64,000 nt of DNA. Source: Paraphysomonas bandaiensis. Taxonomy: Eukaryota; Protista; Chrysophyceae. This document shows, one piece after another, positions 25,502 to 38,766 of this stretch (positions within the stretch are counted from its first letter, which is position 1; each line of letters begins with the position of its first letter). The translations under genes were made by a program, and so were the position numbers. Below the pieces are notes generated by a model. That model ran no database searches. It was not told the origin of the DNA and saw nothing but the letters and a program-made list of their open reading frames with translations. The stretch covers positions 62,001 to 126,000 of the forward strand of contig CBFFRP010000215.1 in assembly GCA_965644295.1 (NCBI GenBank). The letters run 5' to 3'.

Positions 25502-26502
25502 TTTATAGTTGCTGCTGTGACAATTGTCCGTATGTATTAGTGTGATTTGTATTTGCTATACAAATGCGCCCCCTATATTCAGGAAAGATTTTCATATCTA
25601 CTTGCTGCAGTGACGCCTAGCACACGTCAATAGAACTTTTGCACCTACATATTATAGCGTGCCTTTGCTACCATGGGGCGTTCGTGTATATATCGTATAT
25701 CCTGTATATTAAAGAAAATGAATACTTTTGTTTGTGATAAATATATATGCGGTTCTCTTTAGATGTCTACTTCATCCTTGTCGTAGACGATAGTCGCATT
25801 TGTGCATCGATAAGAGGAAGGTATTCAATGTATTACTATTTTCTGTAGTTAGTCGTGTGTATCGTGTGTATAAAACAATTGATGAATTTTTATAAATTCT
25901 TAACATAATAGAATAATCACGGCGTCTGGAAATTGATTAGTTTTCGCCGAAAATTGTCATTGCAGCAAGATCATTATTGTTTTAACGTCTTCACTATTCT
26001 CAAGATTGATCTCCCGTTCTAAACTTTTAGAAAACCTCCGTACTCCGTACACACCACAGCACTTATTCTTTGCAACATGATACTTTCATTTTCTGCACTT
26101 TAAATATTGGTTATGACGAAATGACGTCATATAAAATTGTGTTGTCAGCATTGAAAATGTTGGGAATATTCTCAACTAGCAGCACGCTGAAACTAAATAC
26201 TCTCTGTATGAAACTTATCACCTATATCCTATATTGTTTATCTACTGTAAGTATAATGTACAATGTACTAAGTATAAACATATACAATATACACTATCTA
26301 TAACCTACTTATTTAACATTGAAAACTAGCATCTATATGCTTGTTGATCCCATTTAAGACCCGCCACAGCTGCGACTGATGTGACAAAATACACAATTTC
26401 CAGTGGAAACGACAAACATAATACATTCTTGCAAAAAAATAAATTACATTTAACACACAACAGCAAACGCGTGGCTTCGATTTCAAGGACGACTAGTTTC
26501 AT

Positions 26503-26849
26503 CTAGTCAAACAACCCATCTGCTTCCCAAAAGTCTATCAATATATCAATCATTTGCGATAATGGTAGTGGCTCTGGGAGTTTTCCCCCGCCGCTGGTGG
26601 AATAAACGCGTTGAATGACTTCGTCGACGTCAACATTCTTAGCCCTATATTAAGGAGAGTTATAAAAAAGAATAGCAGAAAATCGGCTTACCGAACATCT
26701 GGTCTTGGGTTGCGTTGAGTGCCACCACGCCATGCGGCACGCATCTCCTCCCACCGCAACAATCCTGCACGAGACACTAATTAAACCCTCAACGAGACCA
26801 ATTAATATAAACCTTCATTAACAAATGTCTCGGATTTTGAACCAGACAT
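26503..26849 (-). CDS. Small DUF4050 (Gag1-like clamp) family protein, 3 exons, absent from the ORF track
   Basis: Spliced by eye: MSGSKSETFVNEG|LLRWEEMRAAWRGGTQRNPRPDVR|AKNVDVDEVIQRVYSTSGGGKLPEPLPLSQMIDILIDFWEADGLFD*. Two GT-AG introns of about 47-48 nt. The C-terminal PxPLxxMxDxLxDxWExxGLxD signature is typical of DUF4050. Confidence 0.85.
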
Positions 26850-26920
26850 TGGAGCAAACAAGACTCCCTCTTTGTATAACGATTAGCAGGTAGTTAAATT
26901 TATTAAATCACACACAATGT

Positions 26921-27897
26921 GTATGTATGTATGTATGTAGGTATGTACGTAGGTATGTATGTATGTATGTATGTATGCATGTATGTATGTATGTATGTAT
27001 GTATGTATGTATGTATGTATGTATGTATGTATGTATGTATGTATGTATGTATGTATGTATGTATGTATGTATGTATGTATGTATGTATGTATGTATGTAT
27101 GTATGTATGTATGTATGTATGTATGTATGTATGTATGTATGTATGTATGTATGTATGTATGTATGTATGTATGTATGTATGTATGTATGTATGTATGTAT
27201 GTATGTATGTATGTATGTATGTATGTATGTATGTATGTATGTATGTATGTATGTATGTTGTATGTATGTTGTATGTATGTTGTATGTATGTTGTATGTAT
27301 GTATGTATGTATGTATGTATGTATGTATGTATGTATGTATGTATGTATGTATGTATGTATGTATGTATGTATGTATGTATGTATGTATGTATGTATGTAT
27401 GTATGTATGTATGTACGTAGGTATGTATGTATGTATGTATATGTATGTATGTATGTTTGTAGGTATGTATGTATGTATGTATGTATGTATGTATGTATGT
27501 ATGTATGTATGTATGTATGTATGTATGTATGTATGTATGTATGTAGGTATGTATGTATGTATGTATGTAGGTATGTATGTATGTATGCATGTATGTATGT
27601 ATGTATGTATGTATGTATGTATGTATGTATGTATGTATGTATGTATGTATGTATGTATGTATGTATGTATGTATGTATGTATGTATGTATGTATGTATGT
27701 ATGTATGTATGTATGTATGTATGTATGTATGTATGTATGTATGTATGTATGTACGTGGGTATGTATGTATGTATGTATATGTATGTATGTATGTTTGTAG
27801 GTATGTATGTATGTATGTATGTATGTATGTATGTATGTATGTATGTATGTATGTATGTATGTATGTATGTATGTATGTATGTATGTATGTATGTATG
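26921..27897. repeat. (TATG)n tetranucleotide array, about 980 bp, with scattered variant units
   Basis: Directly visible. The MYVC/HTYI ORFs are translation artefacts. Confidence 0.99.
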
Positions 27898-28342
27898 CCG
27901 TATGAGCAAAAATCAGTATAGTACAGCATCCGGATATTATCTTTACATGTCTAGATGTCTAAATCCTCTACCCGGTATATAAACCAATGTAGCTCCTTTT
28001 GCGAAAACACTTTCTACCAATCTCACAGAGATTTCAGGAATCCTATGATTGGACATTTCGTCTCCCACTCTTTTTGAGTCCAACTCTCTGCCCCAACCCA
28101 ATAATCAACTGGGTGAACACAATATACTATCAGACTCTACTCAGTGAAACTCTATCTGTATTGTGGGGATTCACACTATAGCTGAGAATGTTGAAGTATT
28201 GCTCAGCTGAAATTGTAATGTTCGATTTTCGTTATAGTATCTAGTATCGAAGTCCTATCCATTTAGAACTTCTTATTGTTTGATGAAATAGAATCATTGA
28301 CATGAAATAATAGTTGGAAGACATTGTAGACCACTGCTTACG

Positions 28343-28471
28343 CAAGGTGTAGCTTGTTGTTAATAGTCAATGAATTGCTATTACTATAATTGAATAGCTG
28401 CAATATAATTAATGATTCTGGAAATTGGGACATGCGGTCCGAATTATTTATGGATTAATTATGCGCAGTCT
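28343..28471. mobile_element. Degraded short copy related to the hAT/MITE sequence at 23530-23748
   Basis: Shares GAAATTGGGACAT and AATT-rich subterminal motifs, and ends in ATGCGCAGTCTG, resembling ATGCAGCCCTG. Confidence 0.35.
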
Positions 28472-28885
28472 GACCATTAAGTGTGCGACACTTATATCAC
28501 TAATACTATTGGCTTGCGGTAGTGCTATAGGCAGCAGGGATGGATAGCAAATAGTTGCATCTGAACTACAATTGCTCGCACTCTAGCTAGTATTTTTGTC
28601 ATTCCCGAAGAATGTCTTAATGTATTACACGCACTGATATAATACTAATCTACTTTTAGGTATAGTACTAAAGAAAGCAATAAAACGGACGTTTGCATGT
28701 AAGTTGTCTTACACACTACATACTACTTCCAAAGAGCATCAACGAAGTCATCAAATTCTTACGATTATAAGCATTCAACAAAAAGCTTGATATAGCAATC
28801 TTTCCTGTCATCTATGCTTAAGAAAAATGAAAATACCAAAACATGGATTCATATACAGTGCAAAACATCTTCACTTCCGTCATGA

Positions 28886-30183
28886 CTACTTCCTCTCTAA
28901 AGTTATCTGTGTAAGTCGAAATCAGATAACAAATGAGATCTATTATGAAATTTACCGTATCAGCCAAGCCACATCGAAAGTCATGCTTGTCAACCAGAGA
29001 GTCTGCGTATATATCAAAACTATTACCCCAATTTCTGAATATAGTGAACAAAAATAAATTACAACCTGCGAACACTTCATCCCCTTCTTTTTTTCCTCTG
29101 ACAGCATCAAGTAGTTGAGAGCCTCTCATGGAGGCACTTGTGTTTTGATATCCCTTAAACAAAATTACTCTGATGAAACAAAGTAGTAAGAAACTTACAG
29201 GACGCTTCTGCCACAAAGCAGACGGCTTTACGGACATTTCTGGGCGCAACCTGCTCTCTAGAAAGTGTGCATGCTCCATATCTTTCTGGTGATTTTTAAC
29301 CCTCTGCTCCTCTCTACGCCAAAAACTATTATGAACCAGAAATAGAACAGCAAAAGGATTTACCTCGCATAATCACTCTCCCTTCGACGTTTGTCTTTCC
29401 ACATCAGGGCTTTTATTTTTTCTTCCAGTCGAGCCTCATCTTCTATATGTGCCTTTCGCAACATCTCTCGCTGCAGTTGGTTCTTTCTCTCAAATACTTT
29501 GTCATTTGCTTTCACCTCACCCGGAAGTATCTTGTCTATCATGTTCCGCACCTTGCGGGCTTCCTCGTATTCACACAGCTTGATAAGCCTAACTCCAAAG
29601 GTAAAACATATGGCGATACAACTTACTGAAATGCTTACCCAGATTCAGCCTTCAAAAGCTCGATTAAACGCTTTGAGTACTTCGTGTGCGGTTTATGTGT
29701 CCTAGCTATTTTCTTTTCCAAATTTTCAATTTCTATCTCATGAGTTTTAGCTAAGTCCTGCCTCAGCTGGTTACATATTTCTAACACCTCACGTTCTTCA
29801 ATGGAATGCCTTTTCTTTGCTTCTTGCAAAAGTGAGGAAGAAGCTTTTTCGAAATGCTGACATTGGTCGGAACGAACCAAGCGAGCACCATTAGTTTGTA
29901 GTCCACTAAACTCATCCTTTAGACTGTTGAGTCGTGTTCTCATTTCTTTGGCCTCATCGTAAGCACTGTCATGAGCTAAAGTGTGAATTTCTTGTTCCAT
30001 TTCCCCTTTAATTGAGGAATACATAAGAACCAACTCCCTTCGCTCAATACGATCATCTTCAGTATAACCGAATCTGTTGAGAGATTCGCCTAAGCTCTTC
30101 ACCGTGCTTAAATTACTTGCGGCTTGTTTAAATACAACAGATGCGTCGATTTCATCTTCAATTACGCAGTCGTTGTAGTCCAT
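28886..30183 (-). CDS. Uncharacterised coiled-coil protein (multi-exon)
   Basis: ORFs 29635-30183, 29360-29551 and parts of 28818-29279 join through GT-AG introns (KYSKRLIELLKAESG|LIKLCEYEEARKVR...). Charged heptad composition. Predicted end ADT|ITLERK*. Confidence 0.7.
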
Positions 30184-30738
30184 CTGCGCAGTTAAAGGCG
30201 CAAATCTATACAGTTCTACAAATCAATGAGAATTACAGGTGAATATAATAAGAGGTGAGCGGAGTACTACGATTTCTAGACCACCGCCAAATTATTTAAT
30301 TCATATAAGTGTGAAAAGCGACAGTTGTTTGCTACTACGATCAATAACCAGCGACTGAACAAACATGTAACGGCACGATATCCCGAATTTCAAGCCCTTT
30401 TATCTACTAAAATGTACATATTTTCTAGCAGTGTAAATTTTAGAGGATATTAGAGTCAAAACTCCAATTTCTATGCACCAATATAAAGGTGGCTGTATTA
30501 CGAAGCAGTTGCATTGCCTTTTTAATACAATACATGCTTCTATACACATCATAATAGAATAAAGTGCTATGAAGTCGAAGTGTAATGGTGAAGTGAAGGG
30601 TTTTTAACCAATGATATCTTTCCAGTAAAACTTTTAGCGTGTTTATATATCGAACAGACTTCCATCCCTTATATTCCATATATACATGTATATCCCTGTG
30701 GTGTTCACTATTCTCCTCTAGTTGTAGATATAAAGGAT

Positions 30739-33700
30739 ATGGAGAACAACCACTCACAGTTTGACGCTCACAGTGATGTCACTGATAACAGTGAAGGCAA
30801 GAGCAAAGATGAACTTCAATGTTCATCGTATTCTTTGCTCTCTCTTGCACCTGAATCGTGTACTTTGAAATGGGAAACTTTCGACACTGATATCACGTTT
30901 ACTGTGACGCCTATTGATGCTCCTAAGTCAGTCGCAGTCAATTGTCTCTTCCGTTCGAATGAAGAGGCATATATTACTGCATGTCGTGAGAAAGTGTTCC
31001 GGCTGCATTTGTATCCGGCAGACCCCTCTGTTGTTCGCCACTTTCCTCATCTAATTCCTGTACACGAGGAACTTGGACTTGCATTTGAGCCTTCACAAGG
31101 GATTTCGTTCCGATATGAATTTTTCCATCTTTCTCGACTCGTCAAAGGCATACGGGTTCGGAAGATTGTGCTAAGGGATCAATTAAATAAATTGAATACT
31201 AAAATAGATAAAGTTGCTACATTTTTGGATATGTGTGAGAGGAAAATGGATGCTCATTTGAAGCGACTTAGTATGTTGGAGAATGAGCTTCTCCTGTTCG
31301 AGCCGTACGATAGCTTTCAATGTAGTACTTTATTTGGGTCGTTTCTCTCGCACTCTTCTGGTTGGGGAAGTGTGACCAATGCTCTTCTAAAGGAGTATAA
31401 ATACCTTCAGCAAATAGCAGAAGAAAAAGAAAACAATGCCGAGGAAGAGTCGGATGAGCTGTCTATTGGAACTCGCTTGGAAAGACTTCTAGTTCGTCAA
31501 GGTTTAGGTATAGACAGCGAAGAGATCGATAAGGCATGGACACTATTGCGGTACTGGCAAGTGATATTCTCGGCTGCACTTCGGGCACACCTAGAGAGTG
31601 ATGGTGCCTACCGAGTACATGGAACGCCATCCAAGAATCAAAGACAAACCCCTTTATCGCCACAAAAAAATAAGGGTGCTGCAGATGGCGTGAAGGCGCA
31701 AAAGGAAATGAGACGAACAATTATTAGCAGTCTATCTAAGGGGGGCATCAAATCACCAAAGCAGGGTGAGAATGCGTCGAGTGGATATAAAACTGAGGGT
31801 CATATCGACTCAGAAAAGCTGCAAGAGGATGGCACTTCTGGCAGAGAGACTGGTAAAGGTAAGAAGCGCGGCCGTGATAAAAGTCGCGTGGCAATTGAAT
31901 TAACCGCAAAGATGCAACCGCCATTACCCTGTGGGCCTGCTGGTGTTGCCTCTTGGGATGCTGTCTGCGGTTTTTTATCCGTACGCCCCCCTTCATCGTA
32001 TATGGAAGAGAGGGTTATTATTCGACAAGAATCATCCGGTAATTCTAATCTGGCTGCGAAGCGTAATCAACAAGTAACAGAGGAAGAGGAATCAGTGGTG
32101 GAGGTGGCGAAGGAGATTTCAAAGTTAGTAACTGATGAGGGTGGATATGCTGCGCAGAGACACACGAAAGCCTCTTTAATGGTGGTACCTCATGTCTCCC
32201 GTATTTCTATCTCCAATCTTCAATATACTCTTAACGAAGAAAGTGACTCGCATCGCGCCATAGGGAAGTGCCTTCTCGCCGTGGCAGACGATATTGCGCA
32301 GGCATTGGAAGAACTCCTTGTGGAGCCGTTTCGTCGATTGAATGTGTGGTCTTCGTGTTTGGAAGGAATGCGCAGGGAAAGGGTAAAGCGTGAAGGAGGG
32401 CAGATGGCAATGAGAGACAATGCGGAGGTATATATTAGTTACGTACCTTTGTAGTTGAATGTTGTTTGAGTATATTTTCACTGCGTAGTTAGAACGGAAG
32501 CATAACTTATCGCAACTTATTCTATGGGCTGTTTGTTCAGGTTGAAATAGATGAGCAGGGACAAATTAGAGTTATCCCAAACGCGGACGAGATTGTAGAC
32601 ACGGACATACTGCATAGTAGCATGCAGCGGACTAGAATTCATGTGAGAATTTAAATATCAGTTGTATAACTTGGAAAAGTTTTTATTAATATTGCTAGGT
32701 GGCAATTCCTAAAGCGAAGGCACGCCTTAAACTTTTGAATGATAGTAAGTTTGACACTGAGGGGGAGTTGGCTTGCGTGACACAACTGGGCTTTGCGACA
32801 TGCGTGCCATACCTCCAGAGAGCTTTTCGTGGGTGTATAGTACGACACCGGGTGGAAAATCACCTTAGAGCAAGTCTAGTATTGTATTCTATGCATGCTG
32901 CTGCTACTGTAATTCAGAGCTGCTACCGAGCGAAATTGGGACGTGCTCGGTTTAATATGTTTGCGACAGAAAGAAGACGCCAATGCGCGACAACAATACA
33001 GCGAATAATTAGGGGGTGGGCATATATGTTTGTCCAATGGTGATGTTGATGTTTTATCACTTAGGTACCTTGCAAGGCGGGTAGGCGACATGCTGGCCGA
33101 AATCAAACTGCAACGACTTCTCTGTAATGGTGCAATTCAAATGCAGCGAATTGTTCGTGGGTATTACACTATAAGTATCTGTATGATATATATTTAAATA
33201 TTATTCAGGTTTTTGGCCAGGCGCAAGGTTGCAGATATATTGGCATCAGCAGCTGAGGAAAAAGATAGGGACAACAGAGCTTGGGCGATAGTAATGATGC
33301 AGAAAGTAGCGAGAGGTTATATAGCCAGAAATTCCATCGTCAGGTAGAGCTGCAAGAGTTTGTTTAATGTGGTAATTGTTTGACGTGGTATTAGGTCGCG
33401 ACATATTCGGAACAATCTTAGTCCTGAAGTGCTCAAACTTGCTGAGCGGTACATGTGCGATACTGGAGGTGATCTGTGGGGGTTTCTGAAGGAAGTTGAT
33501 GAGACTCTGAAACGATATAGTAAGAACATTGAAGAGTCACAGCAACGGTGAGTGAAATTTCTAAATGGTGTTCTTTCAACGAAGTAAATTACTGTTAGGG
33601 AGGACGAATGGGCGGAAACCTTCGTGCAGAGAGTTATTGCAGCCCGACAAGACAATTTCGATAGTGCTTGGAGCAGTTTCGCAAGTGTGCAAGCAAGCAA

Positions 33701-36668
33701 AGTCCCAACACTTGGAATGGAACCCGTTTCCAGTGGAACTGCCGCTAGCAGTGCTACAAGACGAGATAAATTGAGAAGTGGTACCGTAGGCGAAGAGAAT
33801 TTTCAGGATTCTATGCTTTCAATTGTTGTTGAAGATGCGGGCGGAAGCTTTTATGGAGAAAGTGTCAACGGTATTAATACACCCTTTCCTCCGCCAGGCC
33901 CTTTGCTACGCCGCGCTGTTTCCTCGACTGTTAGGCGAAATACATCTCAGCCCCCACTTTCCCAAACACATTTTTCTAAGAAAGAAAAGAGTCTTTCTCC
34001 TGCCAAAGTAGAACGCCTTCAGAATATAAAAGCCGTCTATGGCCAACCTTCTTCAAAGAATTCCAGTGTTCGGGCCAGTAGGAGGAAAGTACCGACGCAA
34101 AACAAATCTTTAAATGCAACACCGGGCCCTGGGTCGCTCAAGAAGAAAAGTTCTATATTTACTTCACAATCCAAGTTCAAAGTTGAAGAAACGAAACATA
34201 GTAACTTATCTCAGGCGTATTTAAATGAAGAGTGGATGGGTTCTGCCGAGTTGACTAATTCCGTTTTAAGGGCTAAGTCAAATGGATCTGCTGGATCTCC
34301 ACAGAAATGTGCATTTTTGGGATCAGAGAGTAATGGCGGGCCGCAGATGATTCATAAGCATGGTAAGCCTGATCCGGGAGAGTCATTACTACTCGATGTA
34401 CCACTCGGAATAGAAGATAAAATGGACAGATTAATAAATGCTGCTGCAATGAGATGCTATGTCCCGGAGATTTTCTCCCAATCGCGCTCTCTAGATGGGA
34501 GGGCGCCTATTACTGCTCAGGAGGCGTATGCGATGTACCAAACCCTTCCATCCAACAGTTTGGCAAAGATGCGCTACGAACAGAAAGTGGAAGCCTGGTG
34601 TATGCCCACTGTAAACAGGCTTCGACTTAAAGGATTGAATTTCATCAAAGATGCACTTCCAGTATCTAAGTTGAGCATGTTCTTGAGAGGTGTCGAGGCA
34701 CAACCAATTTTAATTCGGACGGTTGTTGAGTTAGCTAGAAAACTTGAACAACTAAATGCTGTTCCCTCAGGCTATATGCGAAAGGAAATGAAAGAAGAAT
34801 ATCAAGATATCGTGGATGGAAAAGGAAAAATAACGCGTGCTATTCATGCTGCTGTTGAAAGTATAAAACCAAGTAAAGACGCAGATAATAAGGATGGAAC
34901 TAAGTGTAATGAGGAGGAAGATGTAGATGCCGAAGCGGCGAAGTTAGTTGCTGCGGAGGAGAGGTCGCGACTGAATGCTCTGGCTCAACGACTTCTTGAA
35001 CGTATGATTACGAAAGGAGAATGGGCCCGAATGGATGCTCCTATGGATGCACTGCTGCAAAATGCCGCATTTCTTATATGCCCATTCCAAAGACCGGATG
35101 GTAGTGGTGCTAAGTCTTATGATAACTGCTTTGAAAATAAAATGTCTCTTTTTGGACTATTTGGAAAAGAAGATGAAACCTCTGAAGAATTGCGGATGGG
35201 ACAATTAGAGTTCACAGAGTTTGCTAATGCATTAGTCCAACTTCCATCAGAAGATGCCATGAAGAGTTTGATCCGGGACCGCTTTCGTGCCGCTGTCATA
35301 TTGTCAACACCGTATGAATTACGTTTGAAGAAGTTAGGAGTAATGACTGTTAAAGACCTGGCAACTCTGAGCGGCGAGAGCACTGGCAGAAGCTCCGATG
35401 TAGCAGCGGTATGTAGTTATTTGGGTGGTAAGTGTTTAATTCTTTTGCAGATTTTGAAGTCAATGCCGAAGCCGTTTCTTCATCAAGTGGAGGCATTACT
35501 GAGTATGGCTATTTCGGTGACTTCTGAGGCAAAAGTACTTCCAGCCTCCAAGGGCGGTGCTGCTATGGCTAAGTCAACAGCGATTACGAAGGACCCTATT
35601 GATAAGACCGGGCGGACACTTATTGGACCACTATCGGAAAATCCGCGGTTGATACAAGTCCCTCTTGCTTTTGATTCAAAGTTTCAACGAGGTCCACTTG
35701 ATCCCTACGGTCGACCGTCGAGGTTGATCGGACAGCTTCCAGCTCTGCGAGTTCCTAGTCAAGACTCTCAGCGAAGTCGGAGTTTATATGCGAATAAAGG
35801 AAGTGTAATGCCAGAGGTTGGACCGGCGAGCACAACTAGCCTGTCTATACAACAGGCAGCTAATCGGCAACGCTTGATATCTACCGAACTTGCTGCAATG
35901 GGCAAGTATGTCTCCCTTGACCAGCAGGATATGTATTCACATATTCCTCATAATCTATGGGAAGTAGGAGACCACATTCATTCCACTGACGAAAATGATA
36001 TTGCTACTGGTGGCGATCCCAGTGTGGAAATGTGGTCATTTGAACCATCTCTCTCACACAAATCGGCACGGAAGGATAGTAGTGGCCAGTTAAATGAAGA
36101 TCGGTCGGATTCATTGTGTGATGGGCAGTCTACTGTCGATTATAAACCACGAAGGGATAATTCTGTGAACACAAGTGGACACGCTCCGCAAGATAGAGAT
36201 GAATCTGATGTCGGGGAACAGTTGGAGGCCATTCGCGACCAGCTGAACAGTCATTCTTCCACAAGGGGTGCTGTCCCTAGCCGTTCGAATATGGGCACAA
36301 GGCAGACCTCACAAAAGCAATCACGGTCATCGAATAGGCGTCAAAGATCTTCTGTTTCACAGCCGTATGATACGGAGACGCGTTTTGAACGACCCCACAA
36401 ATGTTCGTTTGAAGGGTGTAACCAGGCATTCTCAAGGGTGTACACACTTAAACTGCATGAGAAGTCACACCTTATGTTTCCAGAGTACCATAAATATCGG
36501 CGTGATCCTATGCTTTCGTTTGACGCTGATGCAGAAAAGATGGTCCAGGAATCGCGACAAAGGTTGTGTACAAGAGAGAGCATGCCTTTGTTACGAGATA
36601 TCGAGCTTGAAAGAACACTTCTGAGGTCATCTTATAGCAGTAATTGCTCTTTAAATAGTGGTGACTAG
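30739..36668 (+). CDS. Large protein with several IQ calmodulin-binding motifs and a C-terminal C2H2 zinc finger (multi-exon)
   Basis: In-frame splicing links ORFs 30739, 32699 and 33624. IQ motifs IQSCYRAKLGR, IQRIIRG|YLAR, MQRIVRG|FLAR and MQKVARGYIAR. C2H2 finger CSFEGCNQAFSRVYTLKLHEKSH. Confidence 0.75.
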
Positions 36669-37075
36669 GAGCCCGCTAACTGTTTGTTTAATGTCGTAAT
36701 ATGTGTCCATACGTGTGTAATAAACTGATGAGTGTATTATGTATTTGAATATTATAATTTTGTCTTTTCGTGTGGATTTTTACGCGTACCGCTGACTGGG
36801 AGACTGCTTCTTAAGTTTATACATGCACATCTAGGTACAAAATACTTTGATATATAAGAGGATGCTATAAACTATAAAGCTCAATCGTAAATCATCCTAC
36901 CACTTTCCATACTAGGGCTAGGAAAATGTATAACTTGAGTATATTGAGATATTGCATCGCCATAATCGAAGATAGGTCGATACTTTAGCAATCTAGTGCA
37001 ACCAATAATTTTTAGGACGTTCAAAAGTCGTCTTTTTTGCTAGGAATGATTCACTTATCCGAATCCTATGTGTAG

Positions 37076-37630
37076 CAGGGCCTGGTAACCGATAGCAATA
37101 TACCATTATAATTTCCAGTCATTTTGCATTAATGGCATAAAAAATGCCGGGAACTGGGCATCCATTAATGGCATTTACTGGTGCTCGATATATGCAAAAT
37201 AGAGAACTTAGTGTCTCTATACTCCGAAAAAACTCTATACAATATTAAGCAATGCTCATGCAGCTCTACAGCTACTTTGTTGCAACTTTGTTCATTATCA
37301 ACAGCAAACTTAATGATATAAGAGTTAGAGAGCAGTTTCCTGAGGGACAACATACAACTGCATCCTTCTTGGCGAATACAATTTCCCAACCACCTTGGAA
37401 TATAAAATTCTTACTACAGCTAACTTTCGAGCGCTGAAACAATACTTATGCAACTTGAAAAATTACAGAGTGTTACGCTTGCCTTTCAAGGAGACGGAAC
37501 CGATTCGAATCAAGCCCCGCCAGTAGTTATTGTTACAAAAATTCAGGGTTGCATCCATACCTTTCCCGAATGAAAGCATTGCTGCCATTGCAAATTTTGA
37601 GAAGGCACTGGCTAAATTCAAGGGAACGAC
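37076..37630 (+). mobile_element. Truncated hAT transposon remnant (second family, terminus CAGGGCCTGG)
   Basis: Left end CAGGGCCTGGTAACC, ATTAATGG subterminal motifs, and frameshifted transposase-like text (LQSVTLAFQG; ESIAAIANFEKALAK). No right TIR seen. Confidence 0.55.
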
Positions 37631-38347
37631 GAAAGACAGTTGACAGACAATGTAACACCCTCCATGAAGACCTGCAAGATGATCCTGATGTACCAGAGGA
37701 GAGCTAAATGAATGATGATGTTGACAGCCACATCATTTTATTGTGTACTAGTTTTTCCTACAATATAAAAAACTTCCACGATTTCATATTTTTTGCTTCA
37801 ATGATAAGCTGAGTAGAAATATAGGTATGGTAGCTCATATTAAAAGGAGGCAAAGAGTGACGAATCTATGTAGAAAAGGCGAATGTCCCCTCTAAAAGAG
37901 ACCGCGCTTAGAGGAATATCCCTTTAGAAGTGGTAGACCAGCGTTAATATATCAGCTCATATCCATTAAAGCATGAGTTTCTCATGAAGAATTCCAGATA
38001 ACTGTGCTATATTCAACTCGTAGATCAGCGCTATGATTGTGTAGTAGCGCAGGTAACAATATACGCCTTTGCTTCCTAGAGTCAAGCATGACAGGACTGT
38101 GTTCGTCACAGAACCTTATGAGGAGTTTGGGAAGAAGTGTCTGAGAGTCAGACAGCTCCGGATGGTTGCCAATGTGTTGACAAAACCTCTACAAATACCA
38201 TACGAAGCTCTATCTATAACTATCCAGCCATATCTAGAGATGCATCTCCATAGCCCACATACACACATAATAAATGTCAGTACATACATATACTGTACAC
38301 TGTATTCCTGTATTCTGTGGACATATGCCATACCATTCCATGTGCCT

Positions 38348-38505
38348 CTGGGGGTGGTTGTGCATATCGATATCATCGATTTGTTCATCGTTTATTTCAT
38401 CGAAAAATCATCGTTTTTTCAATGAAAAATGAAAAAAGTGACTTTTTAATGAGGAAACGATTATTTTTCGATGAAATAAAAATCGATATGCACAACCACC
38501 CCCTG
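38348..38505. mobile_element. Fold-back MITE, about 158 bp
   Basis: Perfect 22-bp inverted repeat GGGGGTGGTTGTGCATATCGAT / ATCGATATGCACAACCACCCCC, plus inner arms TTTATTTCATCGAAAAAT / ATTTTTCGATGAAATAAA. No clear TSD. Confidence 0.8.
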
Positions 38506-38766
38506 TCGGGAATACGTAGATATGAGAAATCAGAAATTAGGGACTTCAATAATCGCACTTGTAGTCCTTTGTCAACTGTATACCTACAGCATACTGCTGT
38601 TTTTTCAACAGATTCCTCCAGTCACTCCAAGTAGTTAGTACAGCAGCAGTATATCCTAACACCGTATCTCCCATGCTTCAACAGACAGAAGGGACAGGGG
38701 AATCCTAGCTATCTTCCCAACTCCAATACCACGTCATAGAAGACCTCAACGCTTTCATATTCTAAC

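Noticed and set aside
26560-26800. GC-rich patch near TEN1 as a possible telomerase or other structured RNA
   Set aside because: Fully explained by exons of the minus-strand DUF4050-like gene.
26883-27982. Long ORFs of MYVC/HTYI repeats on both strands
   Set aside because: Stop-free translations of the (TATG)n array; no evidence of coding.
35409-35450. Hydrophobic peptide VCSYLGGKCLILLQ inside ORF 33624-36668
   Set aside because: Most likely a 42-nt in-frame intron (GTATGT...TTTTGCAG), not protein.
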